Shown: positions 41,113 to 50,925, counted from the first letter of the stretch. The stretch is DNA of 64,000 bases from an uncultured Chloroflexia bacterium (GCA_963783655.1 CAWAOA010000007.1:55229-119228), one strand, 5' to 3'. Made by a program: numbers and translations. Notes: generated by a model from the sequence alone, not told the origin.

Positions 41113-43793
41113 CTATTGTTTTCCGGGCAACGCCCACACGTCAAAGCCTTGCGTGTTCGCGGCCACCAGCAGGCTCCCGTCGGGCGAGAAAGCCACCCAC
41201 TTCGTGGCGCCCGCTCCGGATTTGAGCGTCGTCACCTGGTCGCCCGTAGCAACATCCCAAATCTTCACCGCCGTCTCGCCGGTCGTTGCCAACAGCTTGC
41301 CATCCGGCGAGAACGCTGCGTCCGCTGCGGAGGTCTGCTGGATCTCCATCATCATGCGCCTGGTTTCGGGTCGTAGCACGCGAACGGCGTTGCCGGTAAC
41401 CGAAGCGAGCCGGCGCCGTCGGGCGAGAACGCGATGGCTTTCAGGTCCGTGCGGCTGTCCAGTTGCACGGGCTCATCAACCGCTCCCAGGTCCCATAGCT
41501 CCACTCCGAGGACGCCGGCCGCCGCCAGATGGCTGCCGTCAGGCGAGAAGGCCACCCGTTTCACGGTCTGCGTCTTCCCGGGGAGCGTGTCGATCTCCTG
41601 CGAGGCCGGCGGGGTCCAACAGCTTGGTGACCATGCCGGTCCCGGCCGCCAGCAGGCTGCCGTCAGGTGAGTAGGCGAGGCTCTCGACGCTGCCCGAGCA
41701 GACTTGCTGGAAACCAGCTCGCCGCCGGTGCGCGGGTCCATCAGGCTTGATCCCCTCGCCGGTTCCGAGTGCAAGCGCTTTCCCGTCAGGCGAGAATGCC
41801 ACGCTCAAGACCATATCGTTCGACTGCATCTGTCGACCGGCCTACTCCGGCGGGCATGGTCCACAATGAGACTGTGTTCTCGACCGTCACGAGCTGCTTG
41901 CCGTCGGGTGAGAATTCCAGCACTCGCGAGTAGGGACTGCTGGTAGGCAGCGCCCGGCGCTCCAGCTGAGCGACGTTGGCCGCCGTGATCGCGGAAGGTG
42001 ATAACGGCACAGGCGCTGCGCGCGGGCCGGGCGGCTGAATCACTCTCGCGACACCGTTGCCGCTGGCAAGCCCCCAGATGCGAACGTCGTCGCCTCCCTG
42101 GCCGGCCGACGCCAGCAGCGTGCCGTCGGGAGAGAACGCGACGGCATCCACCCACGCCGTGTGTCCGCGCAGGCTTCGCAACCCCTCGCCGGTGGCCGCG
42201 TCCCATAACCGCACCGTCAAGTCTCCGGATGCAGTGGCCAACAAGCTGCCGTCTGGCGAAACCGTCACGCCACTGACCGGTTTGCCGTGGCCGGTGAATG
42301 TCATCGACTGTTTCCCGCTTGTGACATCCCACAGTCGTGGCTGCGCCATCCATAAGAGGAAGCTGCGAGCGATCTGCTGTCCGGCGAGAACCTCACTTCC
42401 GTGACTTCGCCTCCGGGAACGGCGAGGGCGCGCGGCGCGGCCGCGCCGTCAAGCTGTGTGGATTTGAATGTCGCTTCCTGCGATCGCCAGCCACTTGCGG
42501 TCGGGCGACCAGGCCAGCGATTTGAGCATATTGGTGTTACCGGCGAGCGTGTCCAACTCGCGGCCGCTCTCGACGTCGAGCAGGCGCACCACGACGCCCG
42601 AGATCGCTGCAAGGCGCTTGCCGTCGGGAGGAGAAGGCCAACCGGCCCGCATCCGGAACATTGGCGAAGGTCACAACCTCACCCCCCGTCGACCGGCATT
42701 GCGTACCCATACCTTGTCCCCGGCCGCCGCCGCCAGAAGCTTGCCGTCCGGTGAGAAAGCTACACCGCCCGACCACCCGCCTGTGTCCAGCTTGCGCTTC
42801 TGCTTCCAGCTCTGAGCCTCATACAGCTCGATCTCGTACGATGCGACCGCCAACAGACTTCCGTCCGGCGACCAGGCCAGCTGCTGGGCCATCACAGTCG
42901 ATCTGCGCTACTTGGGCGACCTGGCCAACGTTGGCCGCCGAGATGGCGCTGCCGGCGACTGCCGGCGCCCCCGGGGAAGCCGTCTGTGCGGCCGCTGGCG
43001 CACGAGTCGCCGCGATCGGAGACGCCGGGAGCGCCGCGGCTACACGTGGCGTCGTGGTACCGACCGGAACGGCGACCGGGGCGGGTGATGTCTGAGCCGG
43101 ACGAGCCGTCGCCGGTGACAGGGATGTCAGGGATGAGGGAGCGGCTGGCGAAGCCCCAGCGCCGGCGATGACCGGCGCTGACAGGGTAGAGGTCGGGGCC
43201 GGCGCGACGCTTCGTGTGAGCCACCACCCGCCGGCCACCCCCAGCAGCGCCACGACCGCAATCACGGCGATGGTCCATAGCGGCACCCTGCGCTCTCGCC
43301 CCGGGAGCGAGAGCGCTCGCCCGGCCGGCGGAGTCTGTTGGACGCTCTGGGCGGTCGCTGCCGGAGCCGAGGTGCCAGGATCGCCTGTCTCGCCGCCAGC
43401 AGTGCGCTGATGCTATCGGAGAGCGTTTGCAGGTGCTTCTCCAGGGGAGGAGTCGGCGCGTCCAGCCAGTGAGGGACACTGATGAGATACTCCATCGACT
43501 TGGACGGTGGGATATCCTGGATACGAAATGGGACGAGCGGGATCCCCTTACTCACGGCTCGCTCTACCTCGCGCATAACCTGGGGCGACGCGTTGGCATT
43601 GGCCGAAAAGACGAGTACCATCACGCGGCTGCTGTTTATGGCATCGATGATCGCTTCCCCGTAGGGCACGCCCGGCAGCACATCGCGGTGGCGCGATCCA
43701 GCAGCGGATGCCGCGCCCCTCCAGGATCGCGCAGGCCGCGTCGGCGGTGACCTTGTCCTGGTTGGAATAGCTGACGAATACATCGTGCGCCAT
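41113..43793 (-). CDS. TIR-domain / single-TM / ~14-blade WD40 protein, with many frame changes
   Basis: TIR domain: MAHDVFVSYSNQDKVTADAACAILEGRGIRCWIAP (ORF 43548..43826), then RDVLPGVPYGEAIIDAINSSRVMVLVFSANANASPQVMREVERAVSKGIPLVPFRIQDI (ORF 43262..43783). My translation links this to PGTSAPAATAQSVQQTPPAGRALSLPGRERRVPLWTIAVIAVVALLGVAGGWWL (TM, ORF 42819..43286) and a P/A/S/T linker. Repeated (A/V)(F/W/Y)SPDG..LA blades with LWD/IWG strings then follow in ORFs 42671..42895, 42449..42661, 42301..42612, 41786..42349, 41539..41829, 41352..41774 and 41113..41379. GAAGGA lies 8 nt before the ATG at 43793. Confidence 0.75.
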
Positions 43794-43883
43794 AGACACG
43801 TCCTTCGCAGTAACTGGCATCATCACCGATGGTATGGGTATGCTTCAGGCATCGCGCTCGGCCAAAACCGCCGCAGCGGCGCA

Positions 43884-46420
43884 TCACTGCATGCGATAGA
43901 TCTCGAATTTCGCAGCGGCCAGGAAATTAGGAATCGCCCGCACCGTCTGGCGGTCCCATTCCTTCACCTCGTCGGGCAGGTCGGCCCACGGAACCAGGTA
44001 AGGGGATACCTTCCGCTCGATGTTCTTTTCGGGGCCGTAGACCCATCCGGCCAGCCGGCGCTCGCTTACCCACCGGTCATGCTCGATCTCGGCCAGAACC
44101 TCGAGCTCGACCGGCGTGAACACGAAGGCACGCGGATCGGGGCTGGTCACGGGGCCGAACCCGCAGCCCACACGCCGCAGCCTGGCCGGGATATCGTCGG
44201 CCTGCCGGCGGTTGGAATCTTTGAGCCCCGCGTCAAGCTGGTCCCATGGTTGCATGGATGGGTCGGAGTCGGGGCGCTTGCCACGCTGCTCCTCGCGAAA
44301 CGCCTGGTGGATCGCTTGGGCCAGGGTCTCACGCGACGCCCCGAACAGCACGTCGCGCACCACAAGACGGGAGAAGACTTCGTCGTCCACATGCAGCCGC
44401 AGCTGCTCCCGGGGCGGCAGGCAGGACGGCTCGAAGCACGATTGCCCCTGGAGCATGCTCATGTCCAGAATGGCTTCCATCGATCGGGCGCCGTGCTTGT
44501 AGAGGGGGACCTTGATCAGCGCTCGCAGCACGCCGTCGTCAATGCGGGCGCGCTTCTTACTGTCGAGCGGGAAACCCACGTTGCGCTCAATCATCGACCG
44601 GAGCAACATGGCGCGGCGGATGATATAGGCGAAGTCAGTGTCACTGACGGGGTTCGGGCCCATGATATTGACATAACCGCGCAGCCGGCTGGTAAAATCC
44701 GGGCCCTTCACCTTTCGGAAAGCGTCCAGGGCGCCGGCGCGTGCCTCGGGGGGTACATCCTGGCGGCAAAACGCTTCGAAGCTCGCACAGGTGCCCCCGG
44801 CAAAGATGAAGATCGACTTGCCGATGGGGTGCACCGCCTCGCCGTCGCGAAACTCACCGTCTTGCATCGGCGCCAGGAAGTACTTCAGCCAGCCAAGATC
44901 GCCCTCGAAGCCGGAGTCGAATTCGTCAAAAAACACCAGCGGCACAATGCCTTTCAAGGCCAGATCTCGCACCCGGTGGAATGCGCTGATGAGATCGACC
45001 GGCGAGCGGAACTGCGAGAGGTTGAACTCGATTTTGACCACGCGATCGCCGCCGATGCTCTTGGCCACCTGCGTTACACCAAAGGACTTGCCGGAGCCTG
45101 GTGACCCGAAGACCGCCAGCGAGAGCGGACGTGCAACCTGCGCCTCACCGATGTACTGCTGCATCAGGTTGTGAATGCTGCGGAAGCTCTCGATCTCGGC
45201 CCGATCGACCGTTTTGAGAGCGCCGAACTGTCCTACCGGCACCCCCTTCATCGCAGCGGTGTTCCCCTCCTTGACGATCGCATAGGCGATGTCTTCCAGG
45301 ATGCTGCCGTTGACGTCCTGGAGGATGCACCAGTACGTGGGGTCGGCCGGCTCGGTTGCCACCGGATTGGGAACCACCACGTCGGCGAGGTAATCGCCCT
45401 CAGGCGCGAATATCCTGGGGTCGGGGAACGACAGGACTCTCCATCTGCGTCCCGTAGCCCAACCTGAGCAGCTGTTGGGCAGCACGCAGTCCCGACCGGA
45501 TCCCCTCGCCTACGGATGTGCCGGGCGCGGGCTCGTCCGCGTCAGGACCGGCAAGGCGAGCCGCCAGGGCTGCCGTGAATGCGGAGGCGAGTCCTTGCAT
45601 ATCCCCGGCGTAGCGGGCGTGATAGCCACCTTCGGGCTGCGCCGGGTCGAAGTACAGGCGCGCCTGAACGCCCTCCCGCGATTGCCGGTAGTAGATCGCG
45701 GCCTCGAGCCCGAAGCGCACGATCAGATGCCGGCAGTTGGCGAGCGCGCTCAGGGAGGGGTTGCAGGACATCTGCCAGACGAATTCTTTCGCCGTCCGCT
45801 CCCAGGAGAGGCGGCGGCTGATGTTGACGCCGCCCGCCCGAAGGCCGTCGGCGCTGATCACCACCACCAGACGGTCCGCGTGACAGCAGCGCAGGTGATC
45901 CCATAGCAGACCCGTGGCTACCGGCCGGTTCATCTTGTAGATCACGAGTGGCCGGCGCTCGTCGCTGCGAATGGCCAGCGGCCAGAGCGAGGGGAGCGAG
46001 CGGAAGCCGTTGCCGGCATCGTCCAGGATCACGAGAGCCGCGGCCGGGTCGTCGTCGGGCACGGGCCGCAAGCCGGGCTGGCCCCGATGACGGGCCCACG
46101 TAGCCTCGGAACTGCCTGACCCGGTAAACGGGCTTGTCTTTGCTCTTGGGGTCGCTGAAGAGAGCCAACTCGACATTTGAGTGCAGCACTTCCTCGGGCG
46201 AGATCATGGCCAGGCCGTCAAGGCGGGGCGCCAGCACCGGCAAGCCGGTGGTGATGCGGACCATCTCTGCGAGCAACAGGGCGCCACCCGGCACCGGCGC
46301 CATCCGCCCGCCATCATACAATTCCCAGTTCAAGCCCTCATCGTGCTGTCTGGTTGGCCACTGCAGCCAGTCGATGCACAGATCGCCGGTAACGACGATG
46401 TTTCGCCCTTGACCATCCAT
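43884..46420 (-). CDS. Three-part protein: ribokinase(PfkB)-like N-domain, AAA+ ATPase, and two tandem RyR-type repeats. Frame changes near 46090 and 45440.
   Basis: N-domain (ORFs 45542..46420 and 45400..46176): NIVVTGDLCIDWL, PGGALLLAEMV, LVILDDAGNGF, ADRLVVVISADGL, HARYAGDMQGLASAFTAALAARL (compare the PfkB GAGD..aa tail). AAA+ (ORF 43884..45485): Walker A LAVFGSPGSGKSFGV, Walker B PLVFFDEFD, IFIFAGGT. RyR-like repeat 1: LAQAIHQAFREEQ...MQPWDQLDAGLKDSNRRQADDIPARL. RyR repeat 2: LEVLAEIEHDRWVSERRLAGWVYGPEKNIERKVSPYLVPWADLPDEVKEWDRQTVRAIPNFL. Confidence 0.75.
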
Positions 46421-46439
46421 GCCGGGGTCCCTCCTTCGC

Positions 46440-47162
46440 CTAATGAATGCCGGGTATGCCCACCCGATAGAAATACATCATGTGCTCACCATTCGAGCTC
46501 GGGAAACGCTCGAACGTGACTGTCCCTTGCTCGTCACCCAGGCTGACCGGCTGCTCGCTGCCGGGCTGGCGGTTACCGGCATGGACCCATGCTAACGGCA
46601 GGCCGCGTCGCCGCGCCTCCGAGACGACCCAGCCGGTCCCGCCGGCTCCCTGGGGCGGCTGCCCATCCCAGACCGCCAACAACACATCACAGTGCGCCAG
46701 AATATGCCGCCCCGCCGGCTTCGTAGGCCTGCTCGTGGCCCGCACCGCCGCCGGCCCGGACGACCTGAACAGCCCGGGCAAGCAAATCGTCCGGGCCGGC
46801 GCCAGAGCAGGTAACCATGAGATCGGATCGACTATCCGGCTCGCCGGGCGGCAGTACGGCAATCAGGACGGCGCCGGGGCGCATCAGCACGCTGCTCGAG
46901 CGCCTAACCGGTCGGCTCCGTCAGCCAGGCAGCAAATCGCCGCCAGCGGAACAGTGGGGAAGGCAACCTCGATTGCGGCAATGGCCTCATCCAGTCCCTC
47001 TGTCACCCGGTCCACGCCTGCCAAAAAGCGATGTCCTGTAATACCGATTCGGGCATAGGTCGACCTGGCGACCGGCGTGAACGTCACTTCGGGCGCCGCC
47101 GATCGTTGGCGCATAGCGCGGCCGGCATCCCGCAATACCTGCGAAGCGAGACGCGTTGTCAT
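46440..47162 (-). CDS. SLOG-superfamily (DprA/LOG-like Rossmann) protein of about 240 aa, with frame changes near 46890 and 46700
   Basis: ORF 46884..47420 from the internal MTTRLASQV (ATG at 47162): ARIGITGHRFLAGVDRVTEGLDEAIAAIE...LAAICCLADGADRL. ORF 46687..46890: AVLIAVLP. ORF 46440..46862: HCDVLLAVWDGQPPQGAGGTGWVVSEARRRGLPLAWVHAG. This is a strand / Gly-rich loop / helix pattern like LOG PGGxGTxxE. Assigned by motif only. Confidence 0.5.
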
Positions 47163-47331
47163 TGGTCCGGGGAGCTTTGAAGAGGAATTACTGTGCTCAA
47201 CTTCTCGTAACCTGATGGCGGGTAGCAGCGAGCGCCGGTAGGGCGCGGCGAAGTTCCAAGGAGAGCGAGCGAGGTGAACCAGACGGCGACGAAACGGCAA
47301 GCGCCAGCCGGGTTCGCGTACACTTGTGACA

Positions 47332-47360
47332 AGTATAACACTCGAATTCGCCCGGGACAA
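47332..47360 (-). promoter_or_regulatory. Candidate promoter (minus strand) for the SLOG / AAA-RyR / TIR operon, overlapped by a 13-bp palindrome
   Basis: Minus strand reads TTGTCC (47360-47355), a 17-nt spacer, then TATACT (47337-47332). The palindrome ACTTGTGACAAGT at 47322-47334 overlaps the -10/+1 region. Confidence 0.3.
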
Positions 47361-47495
47361 GGGGATTTTCGTGGGTGCGGGGATGCCGGCGGGCCCAAGC
47401 CGGGCTAGGGCAGCTCGCACTACCGCGAGCTGCGGGTCACGCTATCATAGGACAATCGGCTACAGATATCCGGACGACCGGCGTTCCGGATCCGG

Positions 47496-48105
47496 CTACC
47501 CTGCGTATTGCAGAGAGCGCATTGCGGGGAAGTGACCACGTACGGGCTGTCCGGCCGGCTCGGCTGCCTGGAGCACAAGAAGCATCTCGGCCGGCTCTTC
47601 GGTGGGGTTACACCATGAGTGCGGCAGTTCAGCATGAAAAAGCAAGAAGTCCCCGGCAGCCAGCGTATACGGTATGCCCTCGACCTGGTACTCCACCACT
47701 CCCCGAAGGCAATAGACGAACTCCTGGCCGCTGTGAACAACTTCGGCAGCCCCGGCATGGGAATGAGGGGCCAGGGTGACGTGGAACGGGTCCACTTTCT
47801 GGTCGCTGATCCGCCCGCCGAGGGCTTCAATCGAAACGCCCTCATTCGTAATGCGTGGCCGCATGCCGGCTCTCGCGGAGTACGACGCTTGATTCGTCCG
47901 GCGTCTCGAAGAAGTAGCTCATGCGCACGCCCAGGGCGCCTGCGAGGTGCTGCAACGTGGCTACACTCGGCGAAGTCTCATCGCGCTCGATCAGGCTCAC
48001 TGTGTTCGTGGAAAGGCCGCTGAGATCGGCGAGATCGCGTTGGGACATACCGCGTTCTCTCCGCAGCGCCTTCAGTTTCGACCCGACCGAGATTTCTGGT
48101 CCCAT
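47496..48105 (-). CDS. XRE-family HTH plus cupin-domain transcriptional regulator, with one frame change near 47860
   Basis: GSKLKALRRERGMSQRDLADLSGLSTNTVSLIERDETSPSVATLQHLAGALGV (ORF 47842..48105) and the cupin part HSGQEFVYCLRGVVEYQVEGIPYTLAAGDFLLFHAELPHSWCN (ORF 47496..47864). Confidence 0.8.
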
Positions 48106-48233
48106 GCTCCTGCCGTTCTTGCTCCACAGAATGCGCTGATTCTAGCCTCGCCGGTGGCATGTGTCAACACCTTGGGCCGGGCGAAATGGGAAATTGGGGT
48201 AACCAATACCCAGGATATTGGTAGTTAGCCACA

Positions 48234-48263
48234 TTGACAGGCCCAAACTACACATAGTATATT
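48234..48263 (+). promoter_or_regulatory. Near-consensus sigma70-type promoter facing the copper-related gene string
   Basis: TTGACA (48234-39), an 18-nt spacer, then TATATT (48258-63), in an AT-richer intergenic stretch. The inverted repeat accaata-N7-tattggt lies at 48202-48222 just upstream. Confidence 0.45.
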
Positions 48264-48333
48264 GTATCTGGATTTGTGCTTCCAGTTACAAAGCGTCGTC
48301 CGAGGCCGACCTCGCTCTCATCGAAGGCAGCTC

Positions 48334-49910
48334 ATGCGCCGGTTCGTTCGCACCGTGATCCAGGCATCCATGTGTGGCGCGCTCGTGCTCTTGTCGGGTT
48401 CGCCGGGCTTGGATCTGCCGGCCGCGCGGCCGGCAGCCCGGGTCGTCTACAACCTGTTCGCCACCGATGGATACGTTCGCCTGGGCGATGGCTCGCGGCT
48501 GCATGTCTTCGGATTTATCGGCGGTCGCGAGGGGCAATCGCTCACGTACCTGGACGAAGCGGGCGTGGCCCACACCCTGGAAGCCGGCGCCCCTGCACCT
48601 ACGGGCGGCTCGCTCACCGAGGCCGAGACCCAACTCGCCGGTCACGCGGCAGCTTCTGGCCCCACTGATCTGGGCCAGCTCGGCTGACGTGATCGAGGTG
48701 CGGTTGAAGAACCTGGGGTCCGCGGACAGTGACGCCCCGAGCTCTCCCGTGGGCATCGAGTTTCGGGGTCTCAGCGTGCCCGTTCCCGGCACCGCCGTGC
48801 CTGAAACGTCGCTTCTGGCCATCCCGTATAACGACTCGCTGCCCTTTTCCGGCAACGTGCTCTCCTATACCTTCCGCGCGACCAGGCCCGGCACCTACGC
48901 CTACGGCTGGAGCTCCGACGCCCATGCCGGCCACGAAGTGGCTTCGGGAATCAACCCTCAGCCATCGCACGGCGGCAGCGCTACTGCCGGTGCTGCCATG
49001 GTAGAGGGCTGTCCCTGCCGGTCGATGCGCATGGGCGATCCAACTGGGTCACTCTTGGACGGGTCGTCCGGCTCCGCGTATCCGGTTTATGACGGCGCCC
49101 TGGTCATTTATGGCGCCGGCGACTCAGCCGCCCAGACCGGTCCTGGGACGGGAGCCGGTGGCACGCTGCCGGGCATGCGTTACGACGGGGACTACGTGGT
49201 GGTGATCGGAGGAGGCGCGCCGCTGCCGCCGGTGGACCACGGCGGCTATGGAGATGGCCGGGATGCCGGGAGTCTCGAGCGGTTCACCGGCTCCGTTCCT
49301 GTTCGTCAATGGACTCCCGGCCGAAGCCTACGCCAGGATCGCCGCCGGCGCCACTGCAGAGCCAGCCCGCAATTCAGCCGCGTTTATCGGGTACCGCCCA
49401 TTCGCCCCGGGCGCTGCGCAGGGAACTGGGCGTGTCCTGGTCAGGATCCTGAACCTCAGCACGTCTCCGCAACCTCTTGCAGCGATCACGCTGGGCCACA
49501 ACGTCGCGGGCTACCTGTCCCGCACGTTGGAGGTTGGATACCCCGCAGATACCAAGGAGTCTTGGGGTGGCGGAAGCGGATCGCCGGCGGATCGCGTGCC
49601 CGCCTTTGCCGCCGTCGAGCCCGGCCTGGCGGTCGATGCGCTGCTGGACCTCGGTTCCGGTGCCTTGGGCGGGCCGAGCGAGCCGTCGTACCCGGGTTTT
49701 GTCACGACCACCGGCGGCGCCGGCGCGTCGCGGCCGGCGTCCATCGGGATGGCCGGCATGGACATCGCACCCGGCGGAACGGTACCGTGCGCGATGATGG
49801 CGGTATCTCCGACGCAGGCGCCCGAAGGCGGACTTGCGTCAAGCTTAGCGATTTCAGGCACCGTGGCGTGCGGCGCGATGCAGTGCCAGATGCTGAGCGG
49901 TGCGAGGTGA
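48334..49910 (+). CDS. Secreted multicopper-oxidase-like (cupredoxin-fold) protein with degenerate copper-ligand motifs, with frame changes
   Basis: Signal-like MRRFVRTVIQASMCGALVLLSG. MCO domain-1-like strings: YNLFATDGYVRLGDGSRLHVFGFIGG and GPLIWASSADVIEVRLKNLG. Where MCOs have IHWHGL this protein reads GIEFRGL, and where they have GT.WYH.H it reads PGTYAYGWSS. Pieces lie in ORFs 48262..48687, 48374..49918 and 49248..49910. Confidence 0.5.
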
Positions 49911-49920
49911 CATTCTAGCC

Positions 49921-50872
49921 ATGCAAGATCTTCACCGGCCGGACGGGACGATCGCACCGGGCGCCGCGGGCAACCGCCGGCGTGGAAAGCGCCACGAATT
50001 CCTCGTGGCGGCGCTTGGGTTTTTGGCGTTCCTGCCGGCCGTGGTCTACGTCCTTGCGCGGAATGCCTCGCTCGCTCCGGCAAAGGCGCCGGAGGCGGAC
50101 AGGGTATTGGCCGCACAGGCCGGCCTCCCATTTCAGGTATTGATCCCGGGTTTCCTCCCCGCAGGATTCGACCGGGCAGGATCCGAGGTTCTGGCCGGCC
50201 CGCTAGGCGCTTCGGGACGCTCTACCGCCCGCATCGGATATCACGACCCGCCGCTCTGGGGCAGCCATTTTCGTGAGCGAATGGATGCCGGTAAGCCCTA
50301 CGCTCGAAACCCTCGTCGGGTCCCTGCCTATCGACACGAAATGGGGGCGCGGGCTATCTGTTGGCGGACCCGAACGGCGGCCTCGCAACGGTCTGGGCCG
50401 ACATAGGCTCCGTTCGCGTTGCCGTGGATAGCTCGAGCATTAGCGCTGTTCCGCCCGAGCTGCTCGTTGGGATCGTGAACAGCATGGGACCGGCCGCCAA
50501 CCGGATGGTGTCGTCGATGATCGGTGAGAAGCCCGTTATCCATGCTGCACTCGCCGCCACCGCCTGTGCCGGCGAAGATCAACGAGCTGGGCACTCAGGA
50601 ACTCACCCTGGTCGCGACCCCTGCCGGATACTCGCCGGCGCGGTTCTCCGTGCGCACGGGGCACACCGGTCACGATCACTTTCCGCGAGCTCGAGGGTGC
50701 AGCGTGCGCCGGAGAGCTGCTTTTCCCGGCCAATCCGCCTGAACTCACCGAACTCACGCTGGCGTCGCCGCAGGACAAGAAGACGCTCCAATTTACACCG
50801 ATGGAGGTGGGCGATTTCGCCTTCCGCTGTTCGCATGACATTTATCAGGGCGTGATGAGCGTGCAAGGATGA
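49921..50872 (+). CDS. Membrane-anchored protein with a C-terminal cupredoxin-like domain, with frame changes
   Basis: TM FLVAALGFLAFLPAVVYVLA. My shifted translation of the tail gives GYSPARFSV..TPVTITFRELEGAACAGELLFPANPPELTELTLASPQDKKTLQFTPMEVGDFAFRCSHDIYQGVMSVQG*, which ends in a C-x-H-x6-M type end-motif. Confidence 0.5.
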
Positions 50873-50925
50873 TCGCCTGCCGTTCTCCATTTTTCGGTCA
50901 ATTCTTCGCGAAGGGGGCAAACATC

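Noticed and set aside
40997-42815. Several plus-strand ORFs with a recurring LPSGEKAT string
   Set aside because: The periodic motif is simply the reverse-complement reading of the minus-strand WD40 FSPDG blades, not an independent repeat protein.
43785-45104. Plus-strand ORF of 439 aa opposite the AAA+/RyR gene
   Set aside because: The opposite strand carries Walker A/B and RyR signatures. This frame gives a low-information Arg/Gly/His/Ala-rich sequence, so it is a shadow ORF.
41113-47162. Labelling the TIR/SLOG locus as a canonical Thoeris system
   Set aside because: There is no ThsA-like SIR2, Macro or TM effector fused to the SLOG-like domain. The TIR protein is a large TM-WD40 protein rather than a small ThsB. 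Only the general logic is shared.
41000-48200. The TIR locus as part of a mobile genomic island
   Set aside because: I saw no integrase, transposase, tRNA gene or flanking direct repeats, and the flanks are ordinary metabolic operons. Only the intergenic stretches are AT-richer. I cannot compute compositional statistics here.
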